64,000 bases of DNA from an archaeon (GTDB lineage Archaea; B1Sed10-29; WALL01; JAGHAM01): contig JAIOSL010000043.1 of NCBI GenBank assembly GCA_021107635.1, positions 9,873 to 73,872 of the forward strand, read 5' to 3'. This document shows positions 18,513 through 28,184 of the stretch, one piece after another. Each line of letters begins with the position of its first letter. The stretch's first letter is position 1. Below the pieces are notes generated by a model, which had not been told where the DNA came from, searched no databases, and saw only the letters and a program-made list of their open reading frames with translations. The translations under genes were made by a program, and so were the position numbers.

Positions 18513-20028
18513 AACCATTATCGCGCTACTTCTCATCACTACCTGCACGTCTGCAGTAACATTTGTAGCTAACACTAACAATGACACAATGATACTCTCA
18601 AGCAAAACATATACTGCAAAACTTAACATACAAGAAAACCTGTTAGGAATAAACAACATTCTTGAAATTTATCAATACCCAAAAGTTGAAATTCTTGGAA
18701 TTACAGTAGAACCAGTAGAGCCTAGCATTGGTGGAATAACTATTGGAGAAAGTGTTAATGAATACTTAGTAGATTATCCTCAAGCAGTAAAAAAAGATGT
18801 ATATGTTTCAAGCAGAATAACCTTCTTTGAAGACTACATACACCAAGAGATAAAAATAGAAAACACCCACTCAAGCGAAATGGAAATAAACATAAAACTA
18901 ATTCCAAAAACAAACAAAAGCAGTTATATTTACACACCATACAACACTAATCCCTCAGCCAATTACCTATGGATTTCACCACCATTCCATCAAGAAAGAG
19001 GACTAGGACTAGCAGTATACTTTGATACACTCATGACCAGCTATGTTCAACCTGGAGAAACCATGCTAGCCAAAAATACTGAACTAATAGGAGATTGGAG
19101 CATAACAATTAACTCAGGAGAAATTAAAACAATAAGCCTAAGATACATTACAGGATACGCATCAGACAGAAAACTAATAGAACAACACGCATTCAGTCCT
19201 CCAGCAACAAAACAACACTTGCTTGATGTTGAAACAGACTCACTTTTTGAAATCAAAAACACAGAAAGCCTCAAACAAATAAGAAGTGAAATAAGTGCAG
19301 GATCAGCAGCAGAACTAGTCACTAAAGTTAAAGAACGCTTAGACTTGATTCCTGACACCCCAACCTCTGAAACCACAAACCAAAAAACAATTTATGACAT
19401 GAAAGAACTACTTGAAAAAAGCCAATTAAACAGTCTAGAAAAAGCATTATTATTCAGAGAGATAATACGCAAAAAAGGAGTCCCCGCAGAAATAATAATC
19501 GGGCTAAAAGAAAACACATACTACGCATGGGTATACGCATACCCAACAGTTGAACCAGTATTTTTTGATCCTGCAGGAAAACTAGAAGCATACGAAAAGA
19601 TTTACGAAGAACCAACACCGAAATACTGTAGCAATACAATCAACTCATGCAACTGGGCTTCAGACATCGGAACAGACAGAATGTGCATACTAAACTTTTG
19701 CGCGAGTACATACTTGTTCATAACATTCATTCTAATAGCATTAATCACAGTATTCTTGTTCCTTCAATACAAAGCAGACTTTTTGTATAAAATAGCAGGA
19801 AGAGCAAAAATGAAAAAAACAGACGATGAAAAAATACATTCATATCACATAATCAAAAGAGACTATGTTCCAATAAACCCACTGGAAGAAACAGTCCTTA
19901 AAAAACTTAAAGAAAGAATGGGCATAGTTGAACTTGCTAGATACGAAAAAGAAACAGGTTTCTCAAGACTTCTAATAGAAACAACTATAGAAGAACTTGA
20001 AAACAGAGAAATAATTAAAAAGATGTGA
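18499..20028 (+). CDS. Secreted/membrane protein with degenerate transglutaminase-like domain
   Basis: Signal peptide, SLEKALLFREIIRKKGVPAEIIIG..YAWV..FFDP, C-terminal TM and HTH-like tail. Confidence 0.55.
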   Translation: MNLIKTIIALLLITTCTSAVTFVANTNNDTMILSSKTYTAKLNIQENLLGINNILEIYQYPKVEILGITVEPVEPSIGGITIGESVNEYLVDYPQAVKKDVYVSSRITFFEDYIHQEIKIENTHSSEMEINIKLIPKTNKSSYIYTPYNTNPSANYLWISPPFHQERGLGLAVYFDTLMTSYVQPGETMLAKNTELIGDWSITINSGEIKTISLRYITGYASDRKLIEQHAFSPPATKQHLLDVETDSLFEIKNTESLKQIRSEISAGSAAELVTKVKERLDLIPDTPTSETTNQKTIYDMKELLEKSQLNSLEKALLFREIIRKKGVPAEIIIGLKENTYYAWVYAYPTVEPVFFDPAGKLEAYEKIYEEPTPKYCSNTINSCNWASDIGTDRMCILNFCASTYLFITFILIALITVFLFLQYKADFLYKIAGRAKMKKTDDEKIHSYHIIKRDYVPINPLEETVLKKLKERMGIVELARYEKETGFSRLLIETTIEELENREIIKKM

Positions 20029-21508
20029 TTTTGTTCAAAAAGCCGTCACGGTCACTATAAAATTCATTAAACAAGTTAACTGTTTCAACATAAGACAAAT
20101 CCTGTTCAAGCATCCAATCTAATATCCCCTTACGTAAGTTCATACGTTCCATTACTTCTTTTTTATTCATCCCACCAGCAAAAGCCAGTTTTTCTATAGT
20201 CTGGCTTGGAAGCTGAGTGCGCGAAAGAACGTCTCTGCCTTTATCCCATTTGTAAATACCATTAAGCAAAACTTGATCTCCCATCCAACTAACTTCTGAA
20301 ATCTCAGTAACCCTTCTTTGTACTCCTCCACCCTCAGAACGAAATCTATGCTGGATAACAATCACATCAAGTAAAGAAAGCAATTGTTTATGAACATTCA
20401 TTGGAGGAGACCTAAGTCTTAAAAGAGTTTCTTTAGCGTCATTAGCGTGCAATGTTCCCATTGAGCCAGTAATACCAACATCCATCGCAGTAAACAAAGA
20501 CATTGCTTCTGGACCCCTAACCTCTCCAACCATAATTCTGTCCGGTCGCATCCTTAACGATGCTTTAACTAAATCATTCATTGTAATTTCGGTCTTGCTC
20601 TTATAATCGTAAGTAGCCTCTAACTGAACCCAATTATCCCTACCACCTAAGTTTAACTCAAGCGTATCCTCAATAGTAAGAACTCTATTATCAAAAGGAA
20701 TGAAAGAAGACAACGCATTAAGAGTAGTAGTCTTCCCTGAACCGGCTCCACCACTAATAATTAGGTTCATAGGAAGAACATTCAAACCCTCAACAGCAAG
20801 CCACAAAAAAGAAGCAACTTCAGGAGTAATCGTTCCAAACTTGACTATATCAAGCAGAGAAAAAGGCTTGAAAGAAAATTTTCTTATAGTAAGAGTAGGA
20901 GATGTCGATGCAGGAGGAACAGTAATGTTGACTCTTGGCCCACCAACCATCCTTGCATCAACAATAGGATTTGCTCTTGTTAGTTCCTTTCCTTCAGAAG
21001 AAGCAATTCTACTCAAAAGCACTAATAGTTTATCAGAAGAATGAAAAATAATGTTAGTCTTACAAGCACCATGCTTCCTATGAAACACTCTTACTGGCTT
21101 GTTAGTGCCATTAATCATAATTTCCTCAAGCTCATCATCCGCAATAAGCTGAGAAAGCATTCCAACACCACACAACATGTTAGTGACTTCTTTAGTCAAC
21201 TCCTTTTGATTAGAAGATTTTGGCAAATGCTTTTTAACAAACTTTGAAACCAACTCCTCACGATCTTTCAATATAGACGGTTCTAAAGTCAATTCATGAA
21301 CCTTAAGTTTGCAAACCAATTGACCCTCAATAGCATGCAACCAAGTACCAGCACGCTTATCAGTAAGAAATACTTGTTCCATTTCACGAATAGAAAACTT
21401 TTTCAACGCAACTCTGGAAATAACATCCAAAAAAGCATGCTCGTCCTCAGTAAACTTTGGTCGATCTACAAGGTAATAACACTGTCCGCCCTTGTGGACT
21501 ATACTCAT
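20015..21508 (-). CDS. CpaF/VirB11-family type IV pilus secretion ATPase
   Basis: LEEIMING, GGAGSGKTT, TIEDTLEL, SLRMRPDRIMVGEVRGPEA, GTLHAN. Confidence 0.92.
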   Translation of the reverse strand: MSIVHKGGQCYYLVDRPKFTEDEHAFLDVISRVALKKFSIREMEQVFLTDKRAGTWLHAIEGQLVCKLKVHELTLEPSILKDREELVSKFVKKHLPKSSNQKELTKEVTNMLCGVGMLSQLIADDELEEIMINGTNKPVRVFHRKHGACKTNIIFHSSDKLLVLLSRIASSEGKELTRANPIVDARMVGGPRVNITVPPASTSPTLTIRKFSFKPFSLLDIVKFGTITPEVASFLWLAVEGLNVLPMNLIISGGAGSGKTTTLNALSSFIPFDNRVLTIEDTLELNLGGRDNWVQLEATYDYKSKTEITMNDLVKASLRMRPDRIMVGEVRGPEAMSLFTAMDVGITGSMGTLHANDAKETLLRLRSPPMNVHKQLLSLLDVIVIQHRFRSEGGGVQRRVTEISEVSWMGDQVLLNGIYKWDKGRDVLSRTQLPSQTIEKLAFAGGMNKKEVMERMNLRKGILDWMLEQDLSYVETVNLFNEFYSDRDGFLNKITSF

Positions 21509-21560
21509 AAATAGTAGTTCTCAGTAAGTGAATAAAAAGCTTTCTAAGGACTCAAAAAAA

Positions 21561-22787
21561 ATGAATTTAGAAAAAATAATTCCAAAACAAAGGAAAAAAG
21601 AACTAGCACTAGCAACTGAAATAATCACTGAAATAAACAAACAAGGACACGAAGCCATGCTAGTAGGAAGCATAGCAAAAGATACCTGCCTAAGAGGTTC
21701 AAAAGACATAGACATTTTCATAATGTTCTCAAAAAACACAACCAGAAAAAAACTAGAACAAAAAGGCCTAGAAATAGGCAAAAAAGTCTGTCAAGCATTT
21801 GGAAGTAAAGCAATAGTTCACTACGCAGAACATCCATACACTAAAACAGTCATAAAAGGCTACGACATTGACCTAGTTCCATGCTACAAACTCAAAAAAG
21901 GAGAAAAAATAATCTCTTCTGTTGATAGATCACCCTTACACACACATTACGTAAAAAAACATTTAATCAAAAACAATGAAGTAAGAATGCTAAAATATTT
22001 CATGAAAAAAATTGGCGTCTACGGAGCAAACATTCGAGTACGAGGCTTCTCAGGATACCTATGCGAACTATTAATACTAAAATACGGTTCCTTCCAAAAC
22101 GTGCTAGAAAAAGCCAGTTTGTGGAAACCAAGAGAAAAAATAGACTTAGAAAACCACAGCACACTAGAATTCAACAACCCACTAATAGTAATAGATCCCG
22201 TTGACCCTGAGCGTAACGTTGCAGCAGCACTCCACGAAAACCAGTATTGCTGGTTCATACTCGCAGCAAGATACTACATAAAACACAAAAAAATACCAAG
22301 CAAAACAAAACTCATGAAAAAACGAGGGAAATTCTTTGTCATAGAATGGAAAATAAAAGAAGATCTAGAAGAAATACTCTGGTCACAACTAGAACGCTTC
22401 CAAGAAAAAGTCGTCAAACAACTCAACTTCCATGAACTATCAGTAATAGACAGCCTCGTCTGGACAGACTCACAAAAACTTGCCCAACTGCTAATAGAAC
22501 TAGAAGTCTGGGAACTACCACTAATAAACGACCACGAAGGCCCAGAAGCATACGACCAAGCAAGAGCAGACAGCTTCATAGAAAAATACGGCAAAGTAGT
22601 AGTGCGCGGATCACGCTTATACACAGAAAAAAAACGAGAATATAGGAAAGCAGAACCTTTACTGAAAAAACTTTTAAAAGAACCACCATCACACCTAGAA
22701 AAAAACTGGAAAATCAAAACAGGCGCAACCACCAAAAAAACGCGCGTCTACAAAGAATATTCTAAAAAATTCTGGAAGTTGACCTAA
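21561..22787 (+). CDS. cca: Archaeal CCA-adding enzyme
   Basis: LVGSIAKDT..DIDIF, YAEHPY, VDRSPLHT, GFSGYLCELL, DPVDPERNVAAAL. Confidence 0.94.
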   Translation: MNLEKIIPKQRKKELALATEIITEINKQGHEAMLVGSIAKDTCLRGSKDIDIFIMFSKNTTRKKLEQKGLEIGKKVCQAFGSKAIVHYAEHPYTKTVIKGYDIDLVPCYKLKKGEKIISSVDRSPLHTHYVKKHLIKNNEVRMLKYFMKKIGVYGANIRVRGFSGYLCELLILKYGSFQNVLEKASLWKPREKIDLENHSTLEFNNPLIVIDPVDPERNVAAALHENQYCWFILAARYYIKHKKIPSKTKLMKKRGKFFVIEWKIKEDLEEILWSQLERFQEKVVKQLNFHELSVIDSLVWTDSQKLAQLLIELEVWELPLINDHEGPEAYDQARADSFIEKYGKVVVRGSRLYTEKKREYRKAEPLLKKLLKEPPSHLEKNWKIKTGATTKKTRVYKEYSKKFWKLT

Positions 22788-23173
22788 TGGAAAAGAAAAC
22801 TAAATATATGATAATCGCTTTGATTGCACTTTTTGTGATAGCAATGCTCATACTAGCCGCACTTGTGGTTGGAATGGTTTTTGTTGTGCTAGGAACAACC
22901 TTCTCCACAAGATACCCCACTCCTGCACTTATTTCTCAGGATAAGAGTGTTTGCGCGGCTTCAGGGATACAACTGTTGGACTATACCGAGCAGTATGAAA
23001 TCATTTCAGAAGCAGACGGAGACCTCAAAATAAGATACATTGGAGAAACACTAACTTGTAGGATAGGTAGTGTTGATAGAACAGGGTCAACATGTGTTAT
23101 AGGCCAAGGCTCTGGGAATAAGATAAGGATTCTAGTATCAAAAACAGAATGCGCTCTGCAGGAAGTTTCTTGA
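22787..23173 (+). CDS. Membrane-anchored hypothetical protein
   Basis: Basic N-terminus, long hydrophobic helix, four Cys. Confidence 0.55.
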   Translation: MEKKTKYMIIALIALFVIAMLILAALVVGMVFVVLGTTFSTRYPTPALISQDKSVCAASGIQLLDYTEQYEIISEADGDLKIRYIGETLTCRIGSVDRTGSTCVIGQGSGNKIRILVSKTECALQEVS

Positions 23174-23226
23174 GTCGATTAATGGACTGACAAACTTTTT
23201 TATACAGCGCTAACCTAATGTTATCC

Positions 23227-24516
23227 ATGAGCTGGAAAGACGAAACATTTAAGCACATCTCTGAGATAGACAAAAACATAGGCAAAACAATCAAACTTAG
23301 AGGATGGGTCTACAGACAAAGAGCAGGCAAAAACAATGCCTTCATAGTGTTACGAGACGCAACAGGACACATACAATGCGTTGTACGCAAAGAATCTGCA
23401 TTCTTTTCTTTGGCTTCAGGACTAGGAATTGAAGCAAGCATTGAACTAGAAGGAACCGTTAAAAAAGATGAACGTGCTCCCACCGGCTATGAACTTGAAA
23501 TAGAAAAACTCAAACTAATCGGTGAATCAATAGACTTCCCGATCAACAAAGACCAAAGCACTGAATTTCTAATGGACGTGAGACATCTCTGGTTACGCTC
23601 ACAAAAAATGACAAACATGCTTAAAGCCCGTAATTATATGATTGGATACCTTCGTGAATGGCTTAAAAACAACGAGTTTTGGGAAGTACATGCTCCAATA
23701 TTTACTACAGCAGGATGTGAAGGAGGCTCAACACTATTCCCTGTGGATTACTTTGGCAAAGAAGTATACCTATCCCAAAGTGGACAAATGCACATGGAAA
23801 TAGCAATACATAGCTTAGAACGCGTTTACACTTTAACCCCTTCATTCAGAGCTGAAAAATCCAAGACAACAAGACACCTAACAGAATACTGGCACTTGGA
23901 AGCAGAAGAAGCTTTCGTTGATAACAAAGGCAACATGGAAGTAGAAGAAGAAATGATTTCACACGTTTGCCAAAGCATGGCAAAAAACCACTCAGCCCTG
24001 CTCAAATATTTTGGAAGAGATCCAAAAGAAATGAAATCAATTAAACCACCGTTTGAACGACTAAGCTATGAAGAAATGCTTGAAGAACTCAAACATAAAG
24101 GAGTAGAAATGACCTGGGGAGATGATCCAGGAGCACCACAAGAAAAAGCGTTAACAGAAGACAGAAAAGAACCTATTTTTGTTTACAATTATCCACGTGG
24201 AACAAAAGCATTCTACATGAAACTCCTTGATGAAAAACACGTGGCTTGTGCAGACATGCTTGCACCGGAAGGACACGGTGAGATAATCGGCGGAAGCGAA
24301 AGAGAATGGAGAATTGACGAACTAAAACAATCAATGGAAACATTTGGTCTCAAAGAAGAAGACTATTCATGGTATCTTGACCTACGACGCTATGGATCCA
24401 TACCCCACTCAGGATTTGGTTTAGGCATAGAAAGAACAGTAAAATGGATTCTCAGCTTAGACCACATAAGAGATGCAATTCCATTCCCAAGAACATTAAA
24501 CAGAACCAGCCCTTAA
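23227..24516 (+). CDS. asnS: Asparagine--tRNA ligase
   Basis: OB-fold N-terminus, RHLWLRS, EGGSTLF, FRAEKSKTTRHLTEYWHLEAE, PHSGFGLGIER. Confidence 0.9.
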   Translation: MSWKDETFKHISEIDKNIGKTIKLRGWVYRQRAGKNNAFIVLRDATGHIQCVVRKESAFFSLASGLGIEASIELEGTVKKDERAPTGYELEIEKLKLIGESIDFPINKDQSTEFLMDVRHLWLRSQKMTNMLKARNYMIGYLREWLKNNEFWEVHAPIFTTAGCEGGSTLFPVDYFGKEVYLSQSGQMHMEIAIHSLERVYTLTPSFRAEKSKTTRHLTEYWHLEAEEAFVDNKGNMEVEEEMISHVCQSMAKNHSALLKYFGRDPKEMKSIKPPFERLSYEEMLEELKHKGVEMTWGDDPGAPQEKALTEDRKEPIFVYNYPRGTKAFYMKLLDEKHVACADMLAPEGHGEIIGGSEREWRIDELKQSMETFGLKEEDYSWYLDLRRYGSIPHSGFGLGIERTVKWILSLDHIRDAIPFPRTLNRTSP

Positions 24517-25463
24517 TCTTCAAGAAGCTTGTTGATTTCCTGAAGCTCATAAAGTGCTTCTTGCATCTCTTTCTTTTCTTTTTCAGTTGCAGCATTTTCT
24601 ACATGCTTCTTAATTTTTTGTTCGTGAGCAATACGATCTTTTTTATGAGGAACCTCTTCAGCAACCTTAAGCTTGCCAATCAAAGCAAGTGTTTCCTCAA
24701 CTTCATTAGAAACCTTAGATAAACCTTCAGAATTACTTGAAGTTACTGGCTGAGGGAGCGTTTTAACTGATTGTGCTAGCGTCTTCGGTTCTGCAGAAAC
24801 TTTTTTGACAGGAGAAGGAGGTACTGAAGGAAGACTAATTGACTCTCGTGTCTTTTCCTTAATCTTTTCAACATCCACTCCTTTAGATGTTAAAACCTCT
24901 TGTCTGATTTCTGTAACCATTAATTTAACAGTCTTATGAAGCTGCCCCATTATTCCCTCAATTACCTTCTGATGAGTTACTCCATGCCAATCCTCAACAG
25001 TAAGTCTCAACCGAAAAGCACCCTTAACAATCTCACAAACTTCATCCAAAGAATACTTATCTGTACTAGCACTAGCAGCAACACGCCAACCAGGAAGTTT
25101 TTCGCCAGACTCCTCAGCATACTTATGCAACAAACTTCTAAAAATAAGAAAAGGTGGCTGAAAATCAATTGTCATATCCCCTTCCTGTAAATCAAACTCT
25201 CGGAAAGACCGTTTAAAAGAACTAAAAATAGTCCAAACCTTTTTTATGTAACCAATAAATCGAACAATACTAACACCCACACAAAAAAATGCAATAGTTG
25301 GAACCAAAATAACCAACGCTTGAAAATGAACCAAACCTGAAGCAATAATAACCCCAGTAAAAATTAAAGTAAGAATGAAAAAACTTGCCAGTACATCATT
25401 GACCACCATCTTAATCAAAAGAGTCTCCAAATGTGAAGGAGAAGACCGCAAGCTAACGCGCAT
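24513..25463 (-). CDS. Hypothetical membrane protein
   Basis: Two N-terminal TM segments, P/S-rich linker, charged C-terminus. Confidence 0.6.
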   Translation of the reverse strand: MRVSLRSSPSHLETLLIKMVVNDVLASFFILTLIFTGVIIASGLVHFQALVILVPTIAFFCVGVSIVRFIGYIKKVWTIFSSFKRSFREFDLQEGDMTIDFQPPFLIFRSLLHKYAEESGEKLPGWRVAASASTDKYSLDEVCEIVKGAFRLRLTVEDWHGVTHQKVIEGIMGQLHKTVKLMVTEIRQEVLTSKGVDVEKIKEKTRESISLPSVPPSPVKKVSAEPKTLAQSVKTLPQPVTSSNSEGLSKVSNEVEETLALIGKLKVAEEVPHKKDRIAHEQKIKKHVENAATEKEKKEMQEALYELQEINKLLED

Positions 25464-25517
25464 GACTAAAAATAAGTTGCCATAAGTATAAAAAGCTTGC
25501 TTATCACAAAAAACCGC

Positions 25518-25949
25518 ATGGTAAGGGCTATTGCCTTTGGAACATTCTCATTGATACACCCAGGACACATATACTATCTGACCACTGCTAAAAGCTTAGC
25601 AGATGAACTGATAGTTGTTATCGCACGAGACTCAACAGTCAAAAAAATTAAAGGAAAAAGCCTAGTTCCAGAAGAACAAAGAAAAAAAGTAATAGAAGCA
25701 CTCAAGCCAGTGGACCAAGCAATTCTAGGCAGCGAAACAGACCGTTACGAAATTATTGAAAAACTAAAACCAGATGTAATAGTACTTGGAGTTGACCAAG
25801 ACGAACAAGAAGACAAGCTTGCTTACGAACTATCTAAACGGGGACTTAAATCTAAAATAGTAAGAGTATCAAAAGCAGAAGGCATACTCTACAAAAGCTC
25901 GAAACTCTTAGACTATGTTTGTTCTATTTCCTCAAAAGAGGAAGAATAA
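25518..25949 (+). CDS. ribL: FAD synthase-like cytidylyltransferase-family protein
   Basis: AFGTFSLIHPGH (HxGH), VVIARD, KPDVIVLGVDQ. Confidence 0.8.
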   Translation: MVRAIAFGTFSLIHPGHIYYLTTAKSLADELIVVIARDSTVKKIKGKSLVPEEQRKKVIEALKPVDQAILGSETDRYEIIEKLKPDVIVLGVDQDEQEDKLAYELSKRGLKSKIVRVSKAEGILYKSSKLLDYVCSISSKEEE

Positions 25950-26757
25950 GACTACCTGGACCACCACTGCCTTTCTTAAGTTCTCGCATAGGAAGAGAAA
26001 TGACCTCAACTCCATGCTTCTTCAAAGTTGGAATCATTTCATCACAATCGTCTCCAATGATCACTTTGTTTTCTTCCAACAGAATAACATCTGCTGCGAA
26101 ATGCCTCTGCTGAAAAGCAGTTAAAGGAATAACATCAATATCGTTTCCACACAAAAAAGTCAGAAAATCTGTTGATAATGCTCTCTCGTAAGCCAGTGCT
26201 AACGAATCATTCAATACATTAAAAAACGCATCCAAATGCACGTCCTCTTCATGTAAAGCAGGAACAGCAACATGATCCAAAAACTCACACATCTGCTGAA
26301 AACCTGCCTGGTTAGTTCTCTGCTTTAAACCAATAGCAACAGCCTTATCATTCAAAAAGACTAGATCCCCACCCTCAAAATAACCATCACGTACTATTCC
26401 AAACACGGGTATATCCAACTGGTCGGCCATCGCCTCCAAAAACAGTTCTTCACCTTGTCGGTACTCATGCCTGAAATAAGATAGGATAATACCATTAGTA
26501 GTACACACACCCAAATCACGCGTGAAATAAAGATTAGGAGGAGGCACATCAGGACCAACTTCAATCAAATCTATTTTAACTTTTTCTCCTTTCAAAACGT
26601 CATAAAGTGCATTGAACTCTTTAGTGGCTTTATTCCAATTAGGACGGGCTTGAAAACCCCAAGAACTAGGATCTGTAACTAACTGAAGTTCCTCTTCAGG
26701 CTTATGCATTAAAACCCAGCGAAGCCTGCCAAAACAAGAGTGAATCCCATAATCCAT
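25924..26757 (-). CDS. Arginine deiminase/amidinotransferase-family protein (catalytic Cys apparently replaced by Ser)
   Basis: NLYFTRD, FEGGD, VHLD, C-terminal GSGGPGSLILPL. Confidence 0.8.
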   Translation of the reverse strand: MDYGIHSCFGRLRWVLMHKPEEELQLVTDPSSWGFQARPNWNKATKEFNALYDVLKGEKVKIDLIEVGPDVPPPNLYFTRDLGVCTTNGIILSYFRHEYRQGEELFLEAMADQLDIPVFGIVRDGYFEGGDLVFLNDKAVAIGLKQRTNQAGFQQMCEFLDHVAVPALHEEDVHLDAFFNVLNDSLALAYERALSTDFLTFLCGNDIDVIPLTAFQQRHFAADVILLEENKVIIGDDCDEMIPTLKKHGVEVISLPMRELKKGSGGPGSLILPLLRK

Positions 26758-26797
26758 ACTACTAATTAATAGCCACTCAAGTATAAATGGCTAGCAT

Positions 26798-27301
26798 TCA
26801 CTGGATTTCATTAAACTTTTCCTTTGGAGCACTACAAACAGGACAAACTTCCAAAGCATCTCCTTCAAACGTATAACCACAAACCTGACAAACAAAAACA
26901 GTCTTCTCCGGTAATTCTTCACCCTTTTCAAGATTTTCTAAAGCATGCTTGTAAAGATGTTCATGGACTTTCTCAACAGAATTAGCCCAAGAAAAAACTT
27001 GAACCGCACTAGCATTCTCCTCTTTTTTTGCTTGATCTATGAAACCAGGGTACATTTTAGTATACTCATAATTTTCGCCTGCAATAGCCTCTTTTAAATT
27101 TTCTTCAGTTGATTTAATTCCGCCAGAAACACGAAAATGGTTTAATGCATGCACAGTCTCTGCATCTGCTACAGCACGAAAAATCTTTGCTATTTGTAGA
27201 TGTCCTTCCTGCTCAGCCTTTGCAGCAAACGCAAGATACTTTCTATTAGCCTGACTCTCGCCAGCAAACGCTTTTCCAAGATTTTCTTCAGTTTCAGTCA
27301 T
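26798..27301 (-). CDS. rbr: Rubrerythrin
   Basis: AFAGESQANRKY, AETVHA, EKVH, CQVCG..CPVC. Confidence 0.94.
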   Translation of the reverse strand: MTETEENLGKAFAGESQANRKYLAFAAKAEQEGHLQIAKIFRAVADAETVHALNHFRVSGGIKSTEENLKEAIAGENYEYTKMYPGFIDQAKKEENASAVQVFSWANSVEKVHEHLYKHALENLEKGEELPEKTVFVCQVCGYTFEGDALEVCPVCSAPKEKFNEIQ

Positions 27302-27419
27302 AAACAAAACCTCTAGTAATTGCTTTTACTTTTTTGTATATTAAAGGGTTTCCAACAGAAACTTTTTTAAGCAACCATAGCGTATGCCTTCTATAGGAAT
27401 GCATTGAGGTGAACAATTA

Positions 27420-27731
27420 ATGCCACCAAAAAAGAAGAAAATGACTAAAAAGAAAGTTACGAAGAAAAAAATCGTGAAGAAAAAACCCGTGAAGAAAAGG
27501 GTAACCAAAAAAAAGACCACTAAGAAAAAAACTGTGAAGAAGAAAGTCACAAAAAAGAGGGTTGTAAAGAAAAAACCCGTGAAGAAAAAAATGACCAAGA
27601 AAAAAACAGTTAAGAAAAAAGTAGTCAAGAAAAAGACCACTAAGAAAAAAACTGTGAAGAAGAAAGTCACAAAAAAGAAAGCAGTTAAGAGAAAAAAGAC
27701 CAAGAAAAAAACAGTTAAGAGAAAGAAGTGA
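27420..27731 (+). CDS. Histone-H1-like lysine-rich pentapeptide-repeat protein
   Basis: (KKK/KKR)xx repeats over ~100 aa, GAGGTGA SD, downstream hairpin. Confidence 0.75.
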   Translation: MPPKKKKMTKKKVTKKKIVKKKPVKKRVTKKKTTKKKTVKKKVTKKRVVKKKPVKKKMTKKKTVKKKVVKKKTTKKKTVKKKVTKKKAVKRKKTKKKTVKRKK

Positions 27732-27747
27732 CTATCTGTTGTATTAA

Positions 27748-27770
27748 AAAGGGGATTCGGCATCCCCTTT
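27748..27770. terminator. Hairpin between the convergent H1-like gene and tRNA-Arg
   Basis: aaaggggat-tcggc-atccccttt, a perfect 9-bp stem. Confidence 0.55.
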
Positions 27771-27792
27771 AGTTTAATCAAAGTAAAAGTAG

Positions 27793-27926
27793 TGCTCCCG
27801 CCGGGAGTTTCTCACGTTTCCGCGTGGGAAACGGATTTGAACCCGGGTCTCAAGCTCCGCAAGCTTATATTCTCTTTAGGTTTTCCAGCAATGCTAAAAA
27901 AACAATCCAAGCTATACTACGAGAGC
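27793..27926 (-). tRNA. tRNA-Arg(GCG) with two introns (27874-27904 in the D-loop; 27807-27835 in the T-loop)
   Basis: Acceptor GCTCTCG/CGGGAGC, anticodon arm TAAGC-TTGCGGA-GCTTG, T-arm CCGGG-TTCAAA^T-CCCGG. Both inserts are hairpins with BHB-like junctions. Confidence 0.88.
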
Positions 27927-28022
27927 ACAGAATCAAATTTGGAATTTTCTGGTTTTTAAACCCAAACCTTTTAAAAGAAACCAGCCCAAATATAGCCCTT
28001 GAATAAATGGAGAGTGTAACAA

Positions 28023-28175
28023 ATGAAAAAATGCATCTCTTGCAAGAAAGAAGTTACAGATGACTACGTTAAATTTAATTGTCCAAACTGCAAAAAAGAA
28101 CTAGTTAGATGTCACAACTGCAGAAAAAACGTTATCAAATACAAATGCCCCGAATGTGAATTCACGGGACCATAG
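28023..28175 (+). CDS. Zinc-ribbon protein (DUF1610/HVO_2753-like)
   Basis: MKKCISC...FNCPNC...RCHNCRK...YKCPECEFTGP, in its usual position upstream of EF-1beta. Not in the ORF track. Confidence 0.88.
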   Translation: MKKCISCKKEVTDDYVKFNCPNCKKELVRCHNCRKNVIKYKCPECEFTGP

Positions 28176-28184
28176 GTGAATAAA

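Noticed and set aside
22787..23173. Possible pilin partner for the CpaF ATPase
   Set aside because: There is no clear K/R-G/A class III cleavage motif before the hydrophobic stretch.
27341..27781. F/T/V-rich minus-strand ORF
   Set aside because: It is the mirror of the lysine-repeat gene, which has the SD and the downstream hairpin.
27824..28006. 60-aa ORF
   Set aside because: It overlaps the intron-containing tRNA-Arg on the opposite strand.
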